A stretch of DNA of 64,000 nucleotides from Vicugna vicugna (GCA_013265495.1 MU058451.1:2971305-3035304); one strand, 5' to 3'; positions 25,481-40,242 are shown, counted from the first letter of the stretch. The notes: generated by a model not told the origin, from the letters alone. Numbers and translations: made by a program.

Positions 25481-27691
25481 CATAAAAATTTAAGCTAAGT
25501 TCTTAAGGATGAGTAGTAGCTGGTCTGGACTGTAAGTAGGAGATCAGCTGGAGAGGAGGGAACAACTCTGAGGTACAAAGAGCTTGGCACATAGAAGTAA
25601 CTGTAAACAGGACACTGTGCTTGGATTCATCGAACAAGGAGGAGGATTTTGGTAAGAGCTGATCGGCAGGGAGAGAGGCAGGCACCAGGGCCTGGTTGTG
25701 ATCTTATTCTAAGAGCTCAGTAAGAAAGGCTGACTGTCCAATCACTTCCCCCATAGCTGGGGGTGGGGCAGAGAAAGGAAAAGAGGAAGAAGGGCAGCAC
25801 AGGAAAGAAACTACGAAAAAGGTGTTAAAGACCAGCCCATCCTTCCTGATTCGAATACATACCCTGAAGCAAGATGCAACCCCCCCCCAGCCCCGCTACA
25901 AAACAGTGTTTTTCAAACTAGAGAAATGCACAAATAGTATTTGAAGGAAAACAAAAATTTATTCAGACCTCTTGCCCACGGTGGTTTCAATAATTTCATT
26001 TCTCTTTAAGTATACAACTGTTGTATATGTATGTACCTATATACATAAGCCCTAAGGTAAGGCATACCTCTGCATGCTTGTAGTTTATTTACAATATAAA
26101 ACCCAAAACTTTAATAATTGGAAACAAGTAATTTTGAAATTAACAAGCTGCATTTAATGTGACAGATGATGAAATAAAAATCACTGCCTGCATTTTTTAA
26201 AGTTACAGCACTACACTGTCCACAGAGGCACAGCTTCTCCCGATTCGGCACATGCGTCCTGCTTCATGCTGTTGAGGACGCCTCTGTGGGATTTCATAGG
26301 AAGTCTTTCTTTGTGTGGAGTACAAAGAAGTGTGCGAGCATATCACTGGGCTGTTGCTTGGTGAATGTACATCATTTACATATTCGGTCTGCCTCTCTTC
26401 TCATTAGTCAGAAACAATGAAAGTAGAAAGACTCAGTGGCAAAGTCTGCCTAAACATAAACACAAGATGAGCCACTAAAACAAAGCAACAGTCTGCAGAG
26501 ATGAAAAACCCAGAGAAAATTACCAGACCCCTTAGAGTACATGGGTGAACTCCCTTAGGTGTGAGGACTTTTGTTTGGGAAACAGTTCTAAATGCGGAGA
26601 GTAGATTATTCCCAGAGACTTCCTAGAGGAAAAAAGGGAAATGTTCCTTCTCACACAGAGCCATGGAGACAGGATAAATTGTTCCTTCCAACATTCTAAA
26701 AAGGGATCGCTGGAATCCAAGGTTCGGTAGGGTCAAGAGAGAGCAGTAAGATTTGAGTGTAAGGAGAGACCAACTTGGGTGTGGTCACAAGTCCCTGTGG
26801 TTCCTACTTAGGGTACTCAGGACAGACAAGATTAGAAAGAGGCGACTGAGATGTCCCTGCTTTCCTGGCCAGTTGGCTGAAAAAGGCTTATAGCACTAGC
26901 ATCCCAAGTCAGGTGCACAAACCTATCCATTGGAGTCTGGGAAGAAAATATTAAGAGCCCTGGGAAATGTGAGCCTCACTCTCAGGCGTATGGAGAGCAG
27001 CTCTCAAAGAAATTTGAGTGGTGGCTCTATCAAACTGAGAGCTCTCAACAGTTTGTTTGATTTATTAAATGCAAAGAGTAGCCAGTAAAAGAAACGTGTA
27101 TTTTCTGATAAGGTAGAAAATGGCACAGTCTACAATTGTTAAGTTGATCAGGTTGATTTGCATATAAAGTTAAGTTTTACTGTTCCAAGGTGTCACAAGT
27201 CTTCCATCCATCAATAAAGTCCATTACTTCAGGGAGAGGGGTGGGCAAGGTACAAACGACTAAACTTGAGACTTTCGGCTCGAAAACAAGTTTTAACTTT
27301 AGAAGAAAAGATATACGAGATGCGAAGGCCAATATTTGTTAAGATTCAGGTTTTGCTAAGAGAAAGAAATGATTTGTGGGGTTCCCGAAAAGCATCAGCT
27401 GGAGACTTGGACACAGGGGTCTTACTGTGGAAGACGGATTCGAGAGGATGTAGGAAATTATACTAGCAGTCTGAAGAGATCTGGGAGAGGATGAGTGGGA
27501 ACAAAAATTCCCCGACGTATTCCTAGGTATACAGAGAATCTGAGGGCGGAAGGGTTGCACAGTCTACTTCCCTCCTGGGCATCTGGGGAGAGGGGTGGCA
27601 GCGCCTCATCCAATAGTTGGAACCAACACAGGACAGCCATGTTAGGACAGAGGGGATGGGGTGGGGACTGAGGCAGACAGCCTGAGATGGC

Positions 27692-28104
27692 TGGGCAGTG
27701 GACCTGAAGCACTGCCCGGATCCCCCTCCTGGACCAGGAACTTGTCCTGGCTGCTGTGAGTGCTGCCAGCTGACGCCTTGAGGCTGAGTCCTTCTCCAAG
27801 TACTGCCCTGAGCCAAGGAAGGCCTCCTAGCCCAAGGTTGTGTGAAGTCCTGGGGCAGCACATGTCCAGTGATGGGTCCTTTCTAGGGAATATAAAAGTG
27901 CCTCAACTGGAACAATTCTAAAATGCACCCCCAAACCCACCCCACCCAGTCAGCTTCTCTGCAACTGCCTGGCTGTTCTAACTTCTCTCTGCTCAACCCA
28001 GCTTCCCTCACTTCTTTACAAGCATTGTTCAGGAGAGCATTTGTCAATAAACCTTTTATAGGTAAATCTCAAAGTCTGTTTCCTGGGGAACACTAGCTGC
28101 AACA
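27692..28104 (+). mobile_element. LTR16-family ERVL LTR
   Basis: gatccccctcc...gctgagtccttctcc...gcccaaggtt...caataaacc...aaagtctgtttcctggggaac...caaca resembles the recalled LTR16C. Confidence 0.7.
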
Positions 28105-31100
28105 GGTCTCCTAGTTCTCAGGCACTTGGGGGGTTGAAATATGGAGGAAACCAGAGATAAGTTCCCCCAAGTTGATATTGATGAGAATCATGAGCAGGTT
28201 GGCTGCTTGTGGGTTTCTGTGGTGTGGTGAGAGTTAAGGCTTTGGCTGGATGTCACCAAGACAGGGACTGGGTGGAAGATGTGCATGAATTTCAAAGGAT
28301 AAGTTAGAGCAAAGATTGAGTCAGCATTACTGGGATGGGGGTAGATGGCCACCCACTGCCTGTGCCTGACAGCGCTGGAGGGACTGGCCAGGCAGGAACC
28401 CTTCAGCACATGCAGCAAAGCCAGAGGTCAAGCTTCAAAGATTCAGCTGGACAAGACACTGCAGGGAGGCCAATGAGGACCAGGGGGTTGTTTTCAAACT
28501 GGGTGCCCCTCTCTTGAGGTCAGGTGAACTGAAGCCACCAGAAAATCAGATCCATTCCCCACCCTCCCTGCCACCCCCAGAGGGAGGGAGAAGAGTGACT
28601 ATTTCCCTGAAGAGATTTGTATTCGATTAGTGTAGCTGAGTTATCCTGAGAGGGACAAAATTAAGAGTTTTTCCACCATCAGTGGAAATGGGTCTCTAGA
28701 GCTGTTAATTGTGGTCCTAGAGAAATAAAACAGTTCCATTTTTATACATCTGAGGTGGAATGGGCAGAAACACATGAATAAAAAGAGAGAAGAAAGACGA
28801 AAACAAAATCAGGGCAAAAAGCCATATACGTGATATGTATTTTTTTATATATCACTGTCTTAACACGAAGCACCAAAACTTGTTGTAAGTGCTTTTACTG
28901 AAATACTTCTTTGGTTTACGGACATTTCAGGTGAAAATTAGCCAAGCTGCCAGTGGATAGTGCACTTTAAATACTACCCTGGATATTGGAAAGGTATTTC
29001 CCAGGCAGGCAGCCAGAAAGCTCCAAATCTGGAACACAATTGCATATTGTCATTTTGAGAATGAACAGACAGCTTGAAGATGAACTACAGCTGATCCAAA
29101 GGAAACAGGCTAATTCCCCTGCTCTAAAATGACAACAAGGCTCCTGTTCTCAGCCTCTTAGTTTGTCTGTCTTTACGCATATTTTTTTTTCCACTGAATT
29201 CTCACAACAGGTCTATGAAGAAGTTACTATTATCATCCTAATTTCACAGAGGAAGTGGAGGCTGAATGAGGTTCACTAGCTCTCAGTATTCAAACCCAGG
29301 CAGCTGGCTCAGGGCCCATGCACGCCACCTCTGTAACCCACCACCTCCCCTAAAATGTCCTGCTGTCTTGTATGTTACAAAGAGGATCTGCAGCAGGTTC
29401 CAGGGCATCTGAAGAGTCATTTTAGCAAAGCTAGAGACACAACTATTGCCAAGTGCAGACGATCAGCCAGGTGAGCCTGAACGTGGAGGGGTGATAAGCC
29501 AAGGTGGAGGATTTGACCAATTGGTAATGAACAGGGGTCAGTGGTAAAGTCAGAACCACTCTCATTCGGTGCGTCGGGACATGCATGTGGTAATTAGTTA
29601 TTTATATGTATCTAAGTTCTTCATTTAGAAAGTCTGTATATAGTTACTTTCTAGGAGCCGAGTCACCTGTGCCCTGCACCATTGTATCCTTAATAGGAGT
29701 TTCTGCGCTTGTCAGTTAGTCCCTTTCGCGTCACTGAAGAGGAGTGTCTCAGTAAGGAGAGTCTGAGGCAAGTGAAAAGCTTCAAGTGTCCTGGTAACAT
29801 TTGGACACGCCCAACACTCAACAGTGGAAAACTCAATATTTGCCAAATTTCCAAGCCGTGTTTATCGGCCAGATTGTCCCGCCACCCTTTCCCCATGTTT
29901 TCTTTCCTTAGCAAAGTCACCACCAATAGCAGTGGATGAGAATAGTGGAATGCCACCCAGTACCCAGAAAATGTAGGGCTGCAGAATTTATAGCTTCTCA
30001 TGCCATACAGCAGATAGATTTGGGAATACTTCAGAACTTCTCATTTTAACTTTCCTCCTGATGGCATCTATTTGTATCACCGGTTTCAGTCTTGCAGACT
30101 TGGAGGGAGTGGTGAAAGATGAACGGGCAGTGCTCAGCCACAAGGGGAGAAGAAACGTCATCCAGCCCCCAGAATAGCAACAGCAATAAATATGGTCATG
30201 TCGCTCTTCTGCTGAGACCGAAACGACAGAGAGGATCACATTTGCAGCACCCAACAGGCCTCCTGGCTACACGGGGCTGGCTCGGGGGTTTGGAGGAAGC
30301 ATGCACCAGAGCTGATATGGATGGAGAGGCTGGATTTTGGAGCTGTGACTCAGCACACAGAGAAAAGGGGGCAGAGACCCCACCGCAGAGCTAGCGGGGA
30401 CTCGGCACCCTTCTGGCCACGGGGAGTCCGTTCTAAATCCGCTTTCCGGACAGCTGGCTCGGGGCTCGTGAGAGCTGTGCCCAGAACTTCCCTGCATGTC
30501 TGCCTGAGAACTTGCTGCTATCTGCAGCTGCCACGGCCATCAAGGCACATGCGTAATGAGGAAGGTGAAAAAAAGGGCTCTCGTTGGTCACCAGTTATTT
30601 AAAGCGGACCCATCGGATTTCAGCTACCTCATTGCACAGAATCAGCACCTTTACTCTGGGAGGTCTTGGAGGAAGCGGCTTCTTCGGAATTCCTGACGTC
30701 TCCCTTTGCAGACCGTGACTCCTGGTGCTTCATCTAACTGTGCCCCTTTTCACATATATTTCAATTTCCTATAATGTATGGCTGTCTGTGTCTCTGGGCG
30801 GGGTTGTGGTTTCTCCAATCTTTACATTCTTTTGCCATTCAACTGGCAAAGCTGGGCTTTTGCATTTTCGTAACTTGCATACAGCAGTAGTTTTTTTAGG
30901 CTGAAAACATGTTCGGTTAATAGATGTGCCTGATTTTTCCCGTGTGTTTTGAAAACAAAAGCATCACCTGAATTTGACCAATTTTTCTTTTTCTGTTAAA
31001 CCTCCCTGCTCTAAAAGGATAATTTCTTACAAAGCCCAGCTCCTTCTCTCTGGATCTTTGTGGTTCACTTGGTCTCTCTGATCAGTCCCCAGTGTCACAG

Positions 31101-33244
31101 AGGGAGTCACTGGAAACAGGTTCACTGTGGCCACATGTCACCTGTCTCCCTCACGTGGCTTTAACAGGCACAGATTCAATTCCATGCTTTCGTCTGTTTT
31201 CGGTTACATACTTCAGATTTAAATGAATCTTTCCTCCATGCATTATGATATTGCTTTCATTTGGACAGTACAGCATGTAAGAAATGAAAGGGAATGTTGC
31301 TTTAGGCTTTGAGACCTCAGTGTAAAATTCAGCACTGTGTTTCCATGTCATTATTATCTTATGCTTCTTCAGAATAGTACTAAGACCAGCAAGATAAATG
31401 AAGTAGTTTTTATAGCCCTAGCTCTTTTGTTTGTTCTCTCAATGTCCCTGCTGACGTTGGGTGGTTAAGAAAAAAGACTATGCCAGTGTGTTGAAGTTGG
31501 TGCCAAAGGAACATAGATGACTATTTGGTGCTTGGGATCCGCTGCTGCCCAGAACCTTATCTTGTCCTATTTATACATTCACAAAGCAAACTTTTACTTA
31601 GAGCAATCCTTGCAACATTAACATTTTCTTTTGTTAAAGCTTATTATGCCTCTGAGTTTTAATGCCATTTTTCTCATGTGGCCAGGGACAATGCAGGCAT
31701 AAATTAACTTCTCTGCTTATTATTTAGAGACTAAAAGAATGCAAAAGCAAGGACATTGGAAAAATAAATTCCAATATATTACTAAATATTTTAATTTGAA
31801 TTACCAGGATAAATGCCAAATGGTCTTAAACCCCTGGAAAGATTCCTTTAAAACTAAAACGAAAGTGATAAAAGATGGTGTCCTGGAAGACTACTTTAGT
31901 CATCTACTGGGAAACAGGAAGAAAAAGGTATCTTCTGCTGAGAGGATGGCAATTCTGTGGTTACGATAAAGGCTGAACGGTAGGTACACATGTACATTGT
32001 AAATTAGTAAGAATATATTAACCTTAGGAAACGTTAACTAATGAAAAGCTTCAATTTCAGACATAAGCAATAAATATCCTGTATGCTTTTTTCATATATA
32101 AATATCCTAGGGGTTTCATAGTTGCAAACATTTATAAGTAGATCTTTTTATTATTGTACCGTTAATGAAAGAAATGTTAGTGATGCTATTCAAGTACAAG
32201 TAGGGCTGGGAAGTGACTCCTTTTCTTTCTTCTTTGATTTCTCTTACTCTCATATTATAAGTGATATTTGCACATTAACGTAATCACCAAAGTGTTCTTT
32301 TAATGAACTACTCCAGTGAGTACAGTGTGAAGTCCAGAAATGAACCTGTGGGGTTAAGTCCTAGTTTCGATAGTTACTAATAGTGTGAGTTTGGGAAATT
32401 TCCTGACCTTTCTGTGCTTCAGTATCCTCACCTATAAAACAGAGATGATATTTCTTCCTGACTTAAGGGATTTTGCAAGTGTTAAATACAATTCACTTAC
32501 AAAGTCTTCAAAATAGTTCCTGGTACACAGTAAACCCTTCAAAAAATATTAGCAACCACGTAGTGCAAATGAATCTTTGTTTTAATTGAATACTGGTCCA
32601 TATTCATGTATTTATTCTAAAATCTGTACCATTCATCAAAATAGAGACAGGTGAGAGAGGATAGACAGATATGTCAAATCCTTTGCACCAGAAATACGGC
32701 TCAAAGTGAATTCTCTAGTAAAAAATAAAGAATTCAGTGTACTGTTAACATTAGTAGTGATCCTTTGAGAAACTAGGAAATTAACCAAATATAATAATTT
32801 AATAATTTGATATATAAGTATACAGTAACCTCACAGCAAGAGCCTCCTGAATTAATAAATTGCATTTAGTATTAAACATGACTCTTTGCTCTGGGATGCA
32901 AGAAAGACCAGAAGAAACATTTTAGAATTTCAAAAGCAAATCTGGGCTATTATTCTAAGGTTGTTGAGGCTTTTGCCTAGAAGTCCGCTGTGGGTAATCT
33001 ACATTTTTTGAGGGGGAAGTGAAGGAGTTTTGGTGTCCTGAGCCTGTAAACTCTGACTGGTGGCTTGGCACCAGGGGGTTTTTACCAGGCTATTTTGTGG
33101 AAGTGGTTCCAAGTTATGTAGCCTTTTCTTCCAGATACCATGCGTTAGCCTTTGACTTTCATGCACTGTTCTGCTCTACAAATTTTACAGATGGGCAGAC
33201 TGGGGACTGGGAATTGAGATGGCTCATTAGTTATACACTAAATT

Positions 33245-33410
33245 GGTAGTTCTCAGACTTAATGTGCTTCAGAAAAACCTGGAGGGTTTTTAAAAACATC
33301 ATTGCTGGGTTCCACCTTAGAGTTCCTGATTAAGTAAAATGTGCATTTTAAACAAGTTCCCAGGTGATGATGGTCTGTTAGTCAGGGGATTACACTTCGA
33401 GAACCATGGT
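33245..33410. mobile_element. MER5A hAT-Charlie
   Basis: gttctcagactt...tgcattttaaacaagttcccaggtgatg...cacttcgagaacca with inverted ends. Confidence 0.75.
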
Positions 33411-35469
33411 GATAAATATAGGAGTCAAGTTGATCAGAGCGCTGGTAAAGCAGTTGGAACCATGGCAATTACTTCACCAAATCAATGTATTTGAGGAGCC
33501 ATCTTCCATCTCGTTCAATTAGATAATGAGTTTTGTAGATGTCTGAGAATATTAGAGAACAGGAATTTTTAACATTTGATATAAAAATTCTCAAAAATAA
33601 TTTCTAAATAAGGACCTTCCCCAACCCTTTTCTCTTATGTGTATACCAGTTACAAATCTTATGCAAGTCACATGGGTCAGATAACTGGCCTGGGTCAGGT
33701 AAAGCAGGCAAGATAGCTTCTGGGTGCCTAGTATTAATGTTGCTGTTATTAGCAGATTCTATTTTTTTTTACATATGCATAAAAGATTTTTTCCCCTAAT
33801 TTTGGAAAATTTGATTTTTTAACCAGATAGCTTAATTAGTTAAATACATTCTCTGGAGCACATTACCATTTCTGTTTTCTAATTTGTCAAAGGAAAAAAA
33901 AAATCGTAGGGGATTTCTTATTCTTAAAAAAATAGGGACCTCTTGTGGTCATTTGTAAAAGTACTTAAAGAAACAAAAGCCAAGTATTTCAATTTGTCAA
34001 AAGCTTTTAAGATCTCTGGGTTAGCTGACATACATTAAAAAATATTATATATATATGTACATATATATATGAATTACCCATTACTCATCAAAATAGGTAA
34101 TATCAGTAATAGAACTTTAGACAATGATAATTTTTATAAATATATACATCATTCAGCTATAAAAGTTCTATATGATAAATTAAAAGTTGACTGAAGCATA
34201 AGACATAAAGAAAAGTGCAAAAATTATAATTGTTTAGCTCAAGGTATTTTCCCAAACTGGATATACCTGTGTATCCAGCATATCTGGTAGGTTTTTATCA
34301 TAACTGTAGGTAAACTGATTCAGGCTGAATCTGTTATTTCAGTATCAATCAAATCCATTTTAACTTCATTCACTCACAAATATTCAAATGAATAAATAAT
34401 TTCAAAAAAATTAAGATAAAAATAATTAATTTACTAAGCCATGATACACAGTCCAGATGTGTAAGTATCTAATTTGTCAAATGAAAATTGCCTTTACACA
34501 TTGAATTTCTAGAGCAGTAGATGAAATAGGCTATAATTTGTTATTATTGTTGTTTTTCTGTCACTTTTTGTTGTTGCTGCTGTTGGTGGTGGTTATCTAC
34601 CCTTTTTTCTCCATTATTAATAAGCAGTTTTGGAGCATCTTTTACGTACCAAGCACTATTTTGGATTCTCGGGGATACTAAAATGAATAGTATTAGGTCT
34701 TCGACCTTAAGAGGCTCAGAGTCTAATTCACAAGAAAGACATATAAACAGTAGTTTGTTACGGTAGTTTGTGTTCTGATAGAAGTATACCTATCCATGTG
34801 GACTGCTTTTCAAGAGGGTGGCTATATTTTTCCTAAAGTGTACCCCAGTCTGTATAAAGCTTGAAAGTCCACAACTTTCTGTTTTTGGTTTAATACTAGT
34901 GTAATGTTGTAGAAAATAGTACTTGACCAGGAGTTAGAAAAGTCGTGTTGGAGTTACAGCTCTTTCACTGACCAGCTCTGAGACTTTGGACCAATTGCTC
35001 AGGTATTATGGATGGTAGCTACCTTACAGGCTATCATGAGGATGAGATGAGAGTGTATAAAAAGTGGTCTGTGATTTTCATACACCAAAATTCTACACTA
35101 TTCCTTTTGTTTATAAGGTATTATTAACAGTAAACAGTAATGCAATGATCAGTTCTTTCAGTGTTTACTGGTTCATGGTTTTGTTGCTGGGGAGATGTGC
35201 TAGAGAAAGTGCTCGGTGTTTGACGGTGGGCAGACAGATGTGTGCACATTTATTTTCTTCCTAAAAAGGATGTAGAGACTGAAAAGGAAATAAGGATAGT
35301 GGGGTCTGAGAAATGGAGAAGGAAGCAGAACTAAAGCTGGGTGGGACAAGAAAAGGTGCCCAAAGCAGATGAACATACAAACATACTCATTCACAAATTG
35401 ACCCACAGTTCTCCTGATCATCATTGTCATCAAAACCATCTATTAAATACTAAATAAAATACATGCATT

Positions 35470-35908
35470 CAGTGGTGTGCTGGTAAATATTTAACAACCA
35501 ACTCTCCAGGAAAAAAACCCAAACACATGGCAGATAGCACTTACAGATTTCTGTAGTGTAAATACTCCTACCACGGCCAGTTTTAAGCTACTAATGTGAT
35601 ATGGCTGAACAGGGAGTTAAAAGAGATGCACACAGCCCACCCCTATTATGATTTCCATCACCCAAACATAACAGACATAAAAAAATAAACTCTAGAGTAT
35701 ATTATAGATAATGATAAACACAGCAAAATAATTTGAAAGGCTGTTTTGATTATTTGCTAGCTTTATTTTAAAAATAATTCACTTAAATACAATTTAATCT
35801 TATTTAATTTTTAATACTGGCTGTGTTGAACATCCAGCTTGCCAAATTCCTGAAAATTTAACAATCAGCTCTGTCGAGGCAGTATGAAGGGGTGAAAGCA
35901 CAGCACTG
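35470..35908. mobile_element. MER63-like hAT-Blackjack element
   Basis: TIRs cagtggtgtgct...agcacagcactg; the internal ggtaaatatttaacaacc and aaattcctgaaaatttaacaatcagctct are typical of MER63. Confidence 0.75.
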
Positions 35909-36579
35909 GGAAGACTGGTAATTGCATTAGTATGGTACCAGTTGGAATAAAGAGCATCACCTCTTCTGGAAAACCTGTCCACATTAGGTGCCTTTCTCTA
36001 TATTCCCATCATAATCTCTCAGATATCAGAGCAATTATGACACTGTGTTGAAGTTTCATGTTTCTCTCTCCACACTTGAGTCCTAGTGACTGTGACTTTT
36101 AACCTCACATCTTCTAAATCTGGCACTGTTCCCAGGACAGGTAGAGCTCAACAAATGCATATTGAAGTACATTAACCTGGATCTGGCTCCTGTTTGCCTG
36201 GAGCCCACAATCTAATGTAACGATGTACAAAAACTCATAGCTGCAGAACACACACACACACAGTTTAGCAGAAGCTCTGAATAATCACGTGAATAGATAA
36301 TAAGGTTTTTATATTACCTCAGGGTGGCTTTTATGAGAATGGAAAATAACAGAGATTATGGATCAATGGAAGTAGATGGAACAGTTCTTTTTCTACCCCT
36401 ATCGTGATTTCAAAACCAAACCAAATCAAGCCATCATGCTTCCTTACCTCATCTGTTTAATGACATTCTTGTAGTATTCAAGTCTTTAAGAAGTAAAAGT
36501 AGCACATATTTAGTATAGAAAAATTACAGTATATTGATGCATAAAGAAATAAAAGCCACTTATATTTCACACGGTTGAT

Positions 36580-36990
36580 GTAGTAGTGAGGATAGGTTAA
36601 GACAATAGCACCCAGAAAAAGGACCAAATAACAGTGTCTTAAACAAGATGCTTTATCTCTCCCGTTTGGAGGTTTGCAGACTGAGGTTCACATGGTCATT
36701 CTGCTTCCCAATGTCCTAAGATTCTCAAGGTCAGCTCAGGGCTCGCCATCCCTAGGGTATGGCCCCATTCTTCATGGTTCAAGCCAGTATTCACTCTCCT
36801 GGTAGCAGGAGGGAGGGATGGGATGAAGAAGAGGCACAGGACCAACCATCTCCTTTAGGAGGATTCCCAGAACTGGCCCTTTGGCATGTCTATTATATCC
36901 CATTTGTTAGAAACTAGTCACGTGCCTCGTTTATCTGCAGTGGAGCCTGGGAAATGCAGTTTTTCTTCTCAGCAGTCATATGCTTAGCTA
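36580..36990 (-). mobile_element. MLT1-type MaLR LTR
   Basis: aacagtgtcttaaacaag...ccatttgttagaaactagtcacgtg...gcctgggaaatgcagt are typical of old MLT1. Confidence 0.6.
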
Positions 36991-38551
36991 GAATTTCTAC
37001 CATCATCAAAGAAGGGGGAAATAGATTTTCAGGACCAGAATTTGCTCCAGTTATTTCCTTGGTTAAATTGCAAATAAAGGAACTGTTGGAAGTTACGCCC
37101 GCTTTCAAGGTTATTGATGTGGACTGATAAATTTCCTTTCAGAAGCTCTATATACACTTACACTTCCAAGGACATATTCAATACTTAATATTTAACACCA
37201 ACACGGTAATCAGTCAATCCTTTGATTAACATATGACTTTGCTGCTGGGAATATGTGACAGAGAAAGTGCTCAGTGTTTGATAGACTGGGGCTTCAATGT
37301 CAGGACTCTTTCAGCTGCAAGTGACAAAGGACTTAACAAGAATGTTGAGTTTATTCAGATATCGAGGGGATTTGAGCACATTAAGGAAGGGGAACCAACA
37401 GTATACATTAGAATCTGAAGTTGGAGAATTAAAAATGAAATTCTTCTGAAGGGGAATGGGAGAGGAGGATTATAAAGCAGTAGTAAACATTTTAAGGCCC
37501 AAAGAGAGAAGAGCAAGAGTCATATGACATCCTCTTAACATCACAGAGGGGCTTTTCCACGCATGCTTTCATCAACTGCTATTGCACAGGCACTGTGCTA
37601 AGTGCCTTGCGCATAGCCTCTCATTGAATTCCTGTGCAGTCATATATTCTTATACACCCATATTTTGCACACAATGAAGTGAAGGTTCAAGAGAGGACAG
37701 GTTAAGGGTGGAGCTAGAATCTAAACCCCACTCTGTCTGATGTCAAAATTTTGCTTTTTCCTTTATTTCTCTGAAGAGTGAAATGATAAAAAACAAATTT
37801 GGTAAGGATCACTTTTGCTGTAGCATTTGAATTCATTGAGTGGTATAAAAAGATATAAAAATCCTGAAGAAGTATAAAAGAATTATAGAGAACAACGAAT
37901 GAAGTGTTATAAAGGGCAGGAAGGACCTCATGAGATTTTGACTCTTCCAGGGGTCAATTTTTGACCTGAGTTGGGTACCTGCCTCTCTTTTCTCTGAGTA
38001 CCTGTGTTCACCCTAAGATTGACAGTTCTCATCTCCACTGTGGTTGCCTACTTATTTTGTTGTCTCTGCCACCAGACATATCTCGGGTGCCAGGTATCAG
38101 GTCTTATACATCTTCATATTTGTGGGGCCCAGTACAATGCTTGGAACATGGTAGGTACTCAATAAATATTTGCTGAATGAATTATACAAGCAGTCATTTC
38201 ATGGTCATATTAATACATATTTCCTGAAAGAGAAATTTTATTTATTTACTATTTATGCTAAGTTTGAGAGGTGTACAATAATAACTAGATTAGCATAAAA
38301 TTATGATCTTGACTATGGTTATAAAAAGAATGTTTGTAAAGCAACTGAACTTGTACATAACATTTAGTGTCTAGAACATTTTAGGTTGTTTTGAGTGTTT
38401 AATACTGTATTTAGTTACTTAATTCTCACAAAAAAACCTTAGGGAGGAAATAGAATTATCTCTACTTCAAAAATTGGGAAAATTGAAAAACCAGGAAATG
38501 AACCTAGGTAGTTCTGCTCTAAAAATTCTGTGTTTAACAACTAAGCTATTT

Positions 38552-40242
38552 AATGGCTATACTGCCCAAGGCAATCTACAGATTTAATTCAATCCCTATC
38601 AAATTACTCAGGGCATTTTTCACAGAACTAGAACAAACAATCCTAAAATTTATATGGAATTGCAAAAGACCCAGAATTGCCAAAGAAATATTGAAGAAAA
38701 AGAATGAAGCTGGAGGCATAACCTTCTCAGATTTCAGACAATACTACAGAGCCACGGTAATCAAAACAGCATGGTATTGGCATAAAAATGGACATATGGT
38801 TCAATGGAACAGAATAGAGAGCCCAGAAATATACTCACAGACCTATGGTCAATTAATCTTCAACAAAGGAAGTAAGAATATACAATGGAGAAAAGAGAAT
38901 CTCTTCAGCAAATGGTGTTGGGAAAATTGGATAGCAGCATGTAAATCAATGAAGTTAGAACACTCCCTTACACCATACACAAAAATAAAGTCAAAGTGGC
39001 TTGAAGACTTAAATATAAGACAAGACATGATATATCTCCTAGAAGAAAACAGGCAAAACATTCTCTGACACAAATCTTAGCAATGTTCTCCTAGGGCAGT
39101 CTATCCAGGCAATAGAAATAAGAGCAAAAAATAAACAAATGAGGCCTAATTAAACTCATGATCATTTGCACAGCAAAAGAAATCATAAGCAAAATGAAAT
39201 GACAGCCTATGGAATGGAAGAAAGTACTTGCAAATGATGTGACTGACAAAGGCTTAATTTCCAGAATATATGAACAACTTATACAACTTAATAACAAAAA
39301 AACAAACAACCCAATCCAAAAATGGGCAGAAGACCTAAATAAGCAATTCTCTAATGAAGACATATGAGTGGCCAGTAGGCACATGAAAAAATGCTCAATA
39401 TTACTAATTATCAGAGAAGTGCAAATCAAAACTATAATGAGGTATCACCTCACACCAGTCAAAATGGCCATCATTCAAAAGTCCATGGACAATAAATGCT
39501 GGATGGGCTGTGGAGAAAAGGGAACCCTCCTGCACTGCTGGTGGGAATGTAGTTTGGTGCAGTCATTATGGAAAACAGTATGGAGATTCCTCAAAAGATT
39601 AAAAATAGACTTACATTATGATCCAGCAATCCCATTTCTGGGTATATATTCAGAGGGAATGGTAATTCAAAAAGATACATGCACCCCAATGTTCATAGCA
39701 GCACTATATGCAATAGCCAAGACATGAAAACAACCTAAATATCCATCAACAGATGACTGAATAAAGAAGCTGTGGTATATTTATACAATGGAATACTACT
39801 CAGCCATAAAAAAGAATAAAATAATGCTGTTTGCAACAACATAGATGGACCTAGAGATCATCATTCCAAATGAAGTAAGCCAGAAAGAGAAAGAAAAATA
39901 CCATATGATATCACTCATATGTGGAATCTAAAAAAAAAAAGGACACTATGACCTCATCTGCAAAACAGAAACAGACTTGCAGACTTAGTAAACACTCTTA
40001 TGGTTACTCGGGAAAAGGAGTTTGAGATTTATAAATGTTAGCCACTATATGTAAAAATAGATTTAAAAAGTTTCTGCTATATAGCACAGGGAACTATGTT
40101 CAGTATCTTGTAATAACCTTTAATGAAAAAAATATGAAAATGAATATATGTATGTATATGCATGACTGGGACGTTGTGCTGTACACCAGAAATTGACACA
40201 TTGTAATTGATAGTACTTCAATAAAAAAACAACAAAACAAAT
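38552..40242 (+). mobile_element. Young 5'-truncated L1 (~1.7 kb; ORF2 C-terminus, 3'UTR, A-rich tail)
   Basis: ORFs [18 protein letters not shown]...TAWYWHKN and [12 protein letters not shown]...CWWEC...[11 protein letters not shown] are L1 ORF2p. Imperfect TSD acaactaagctattt (38537-38551) / aaacctaggctattt (40243-40257). Confidence 0.95.

Noticed and set aside
38553..39727. 171-aa and 119-aa ORFs as host genes
   Set aside because: Frame-broken L1 ORF2 fragments of a 5'-truncated copy.
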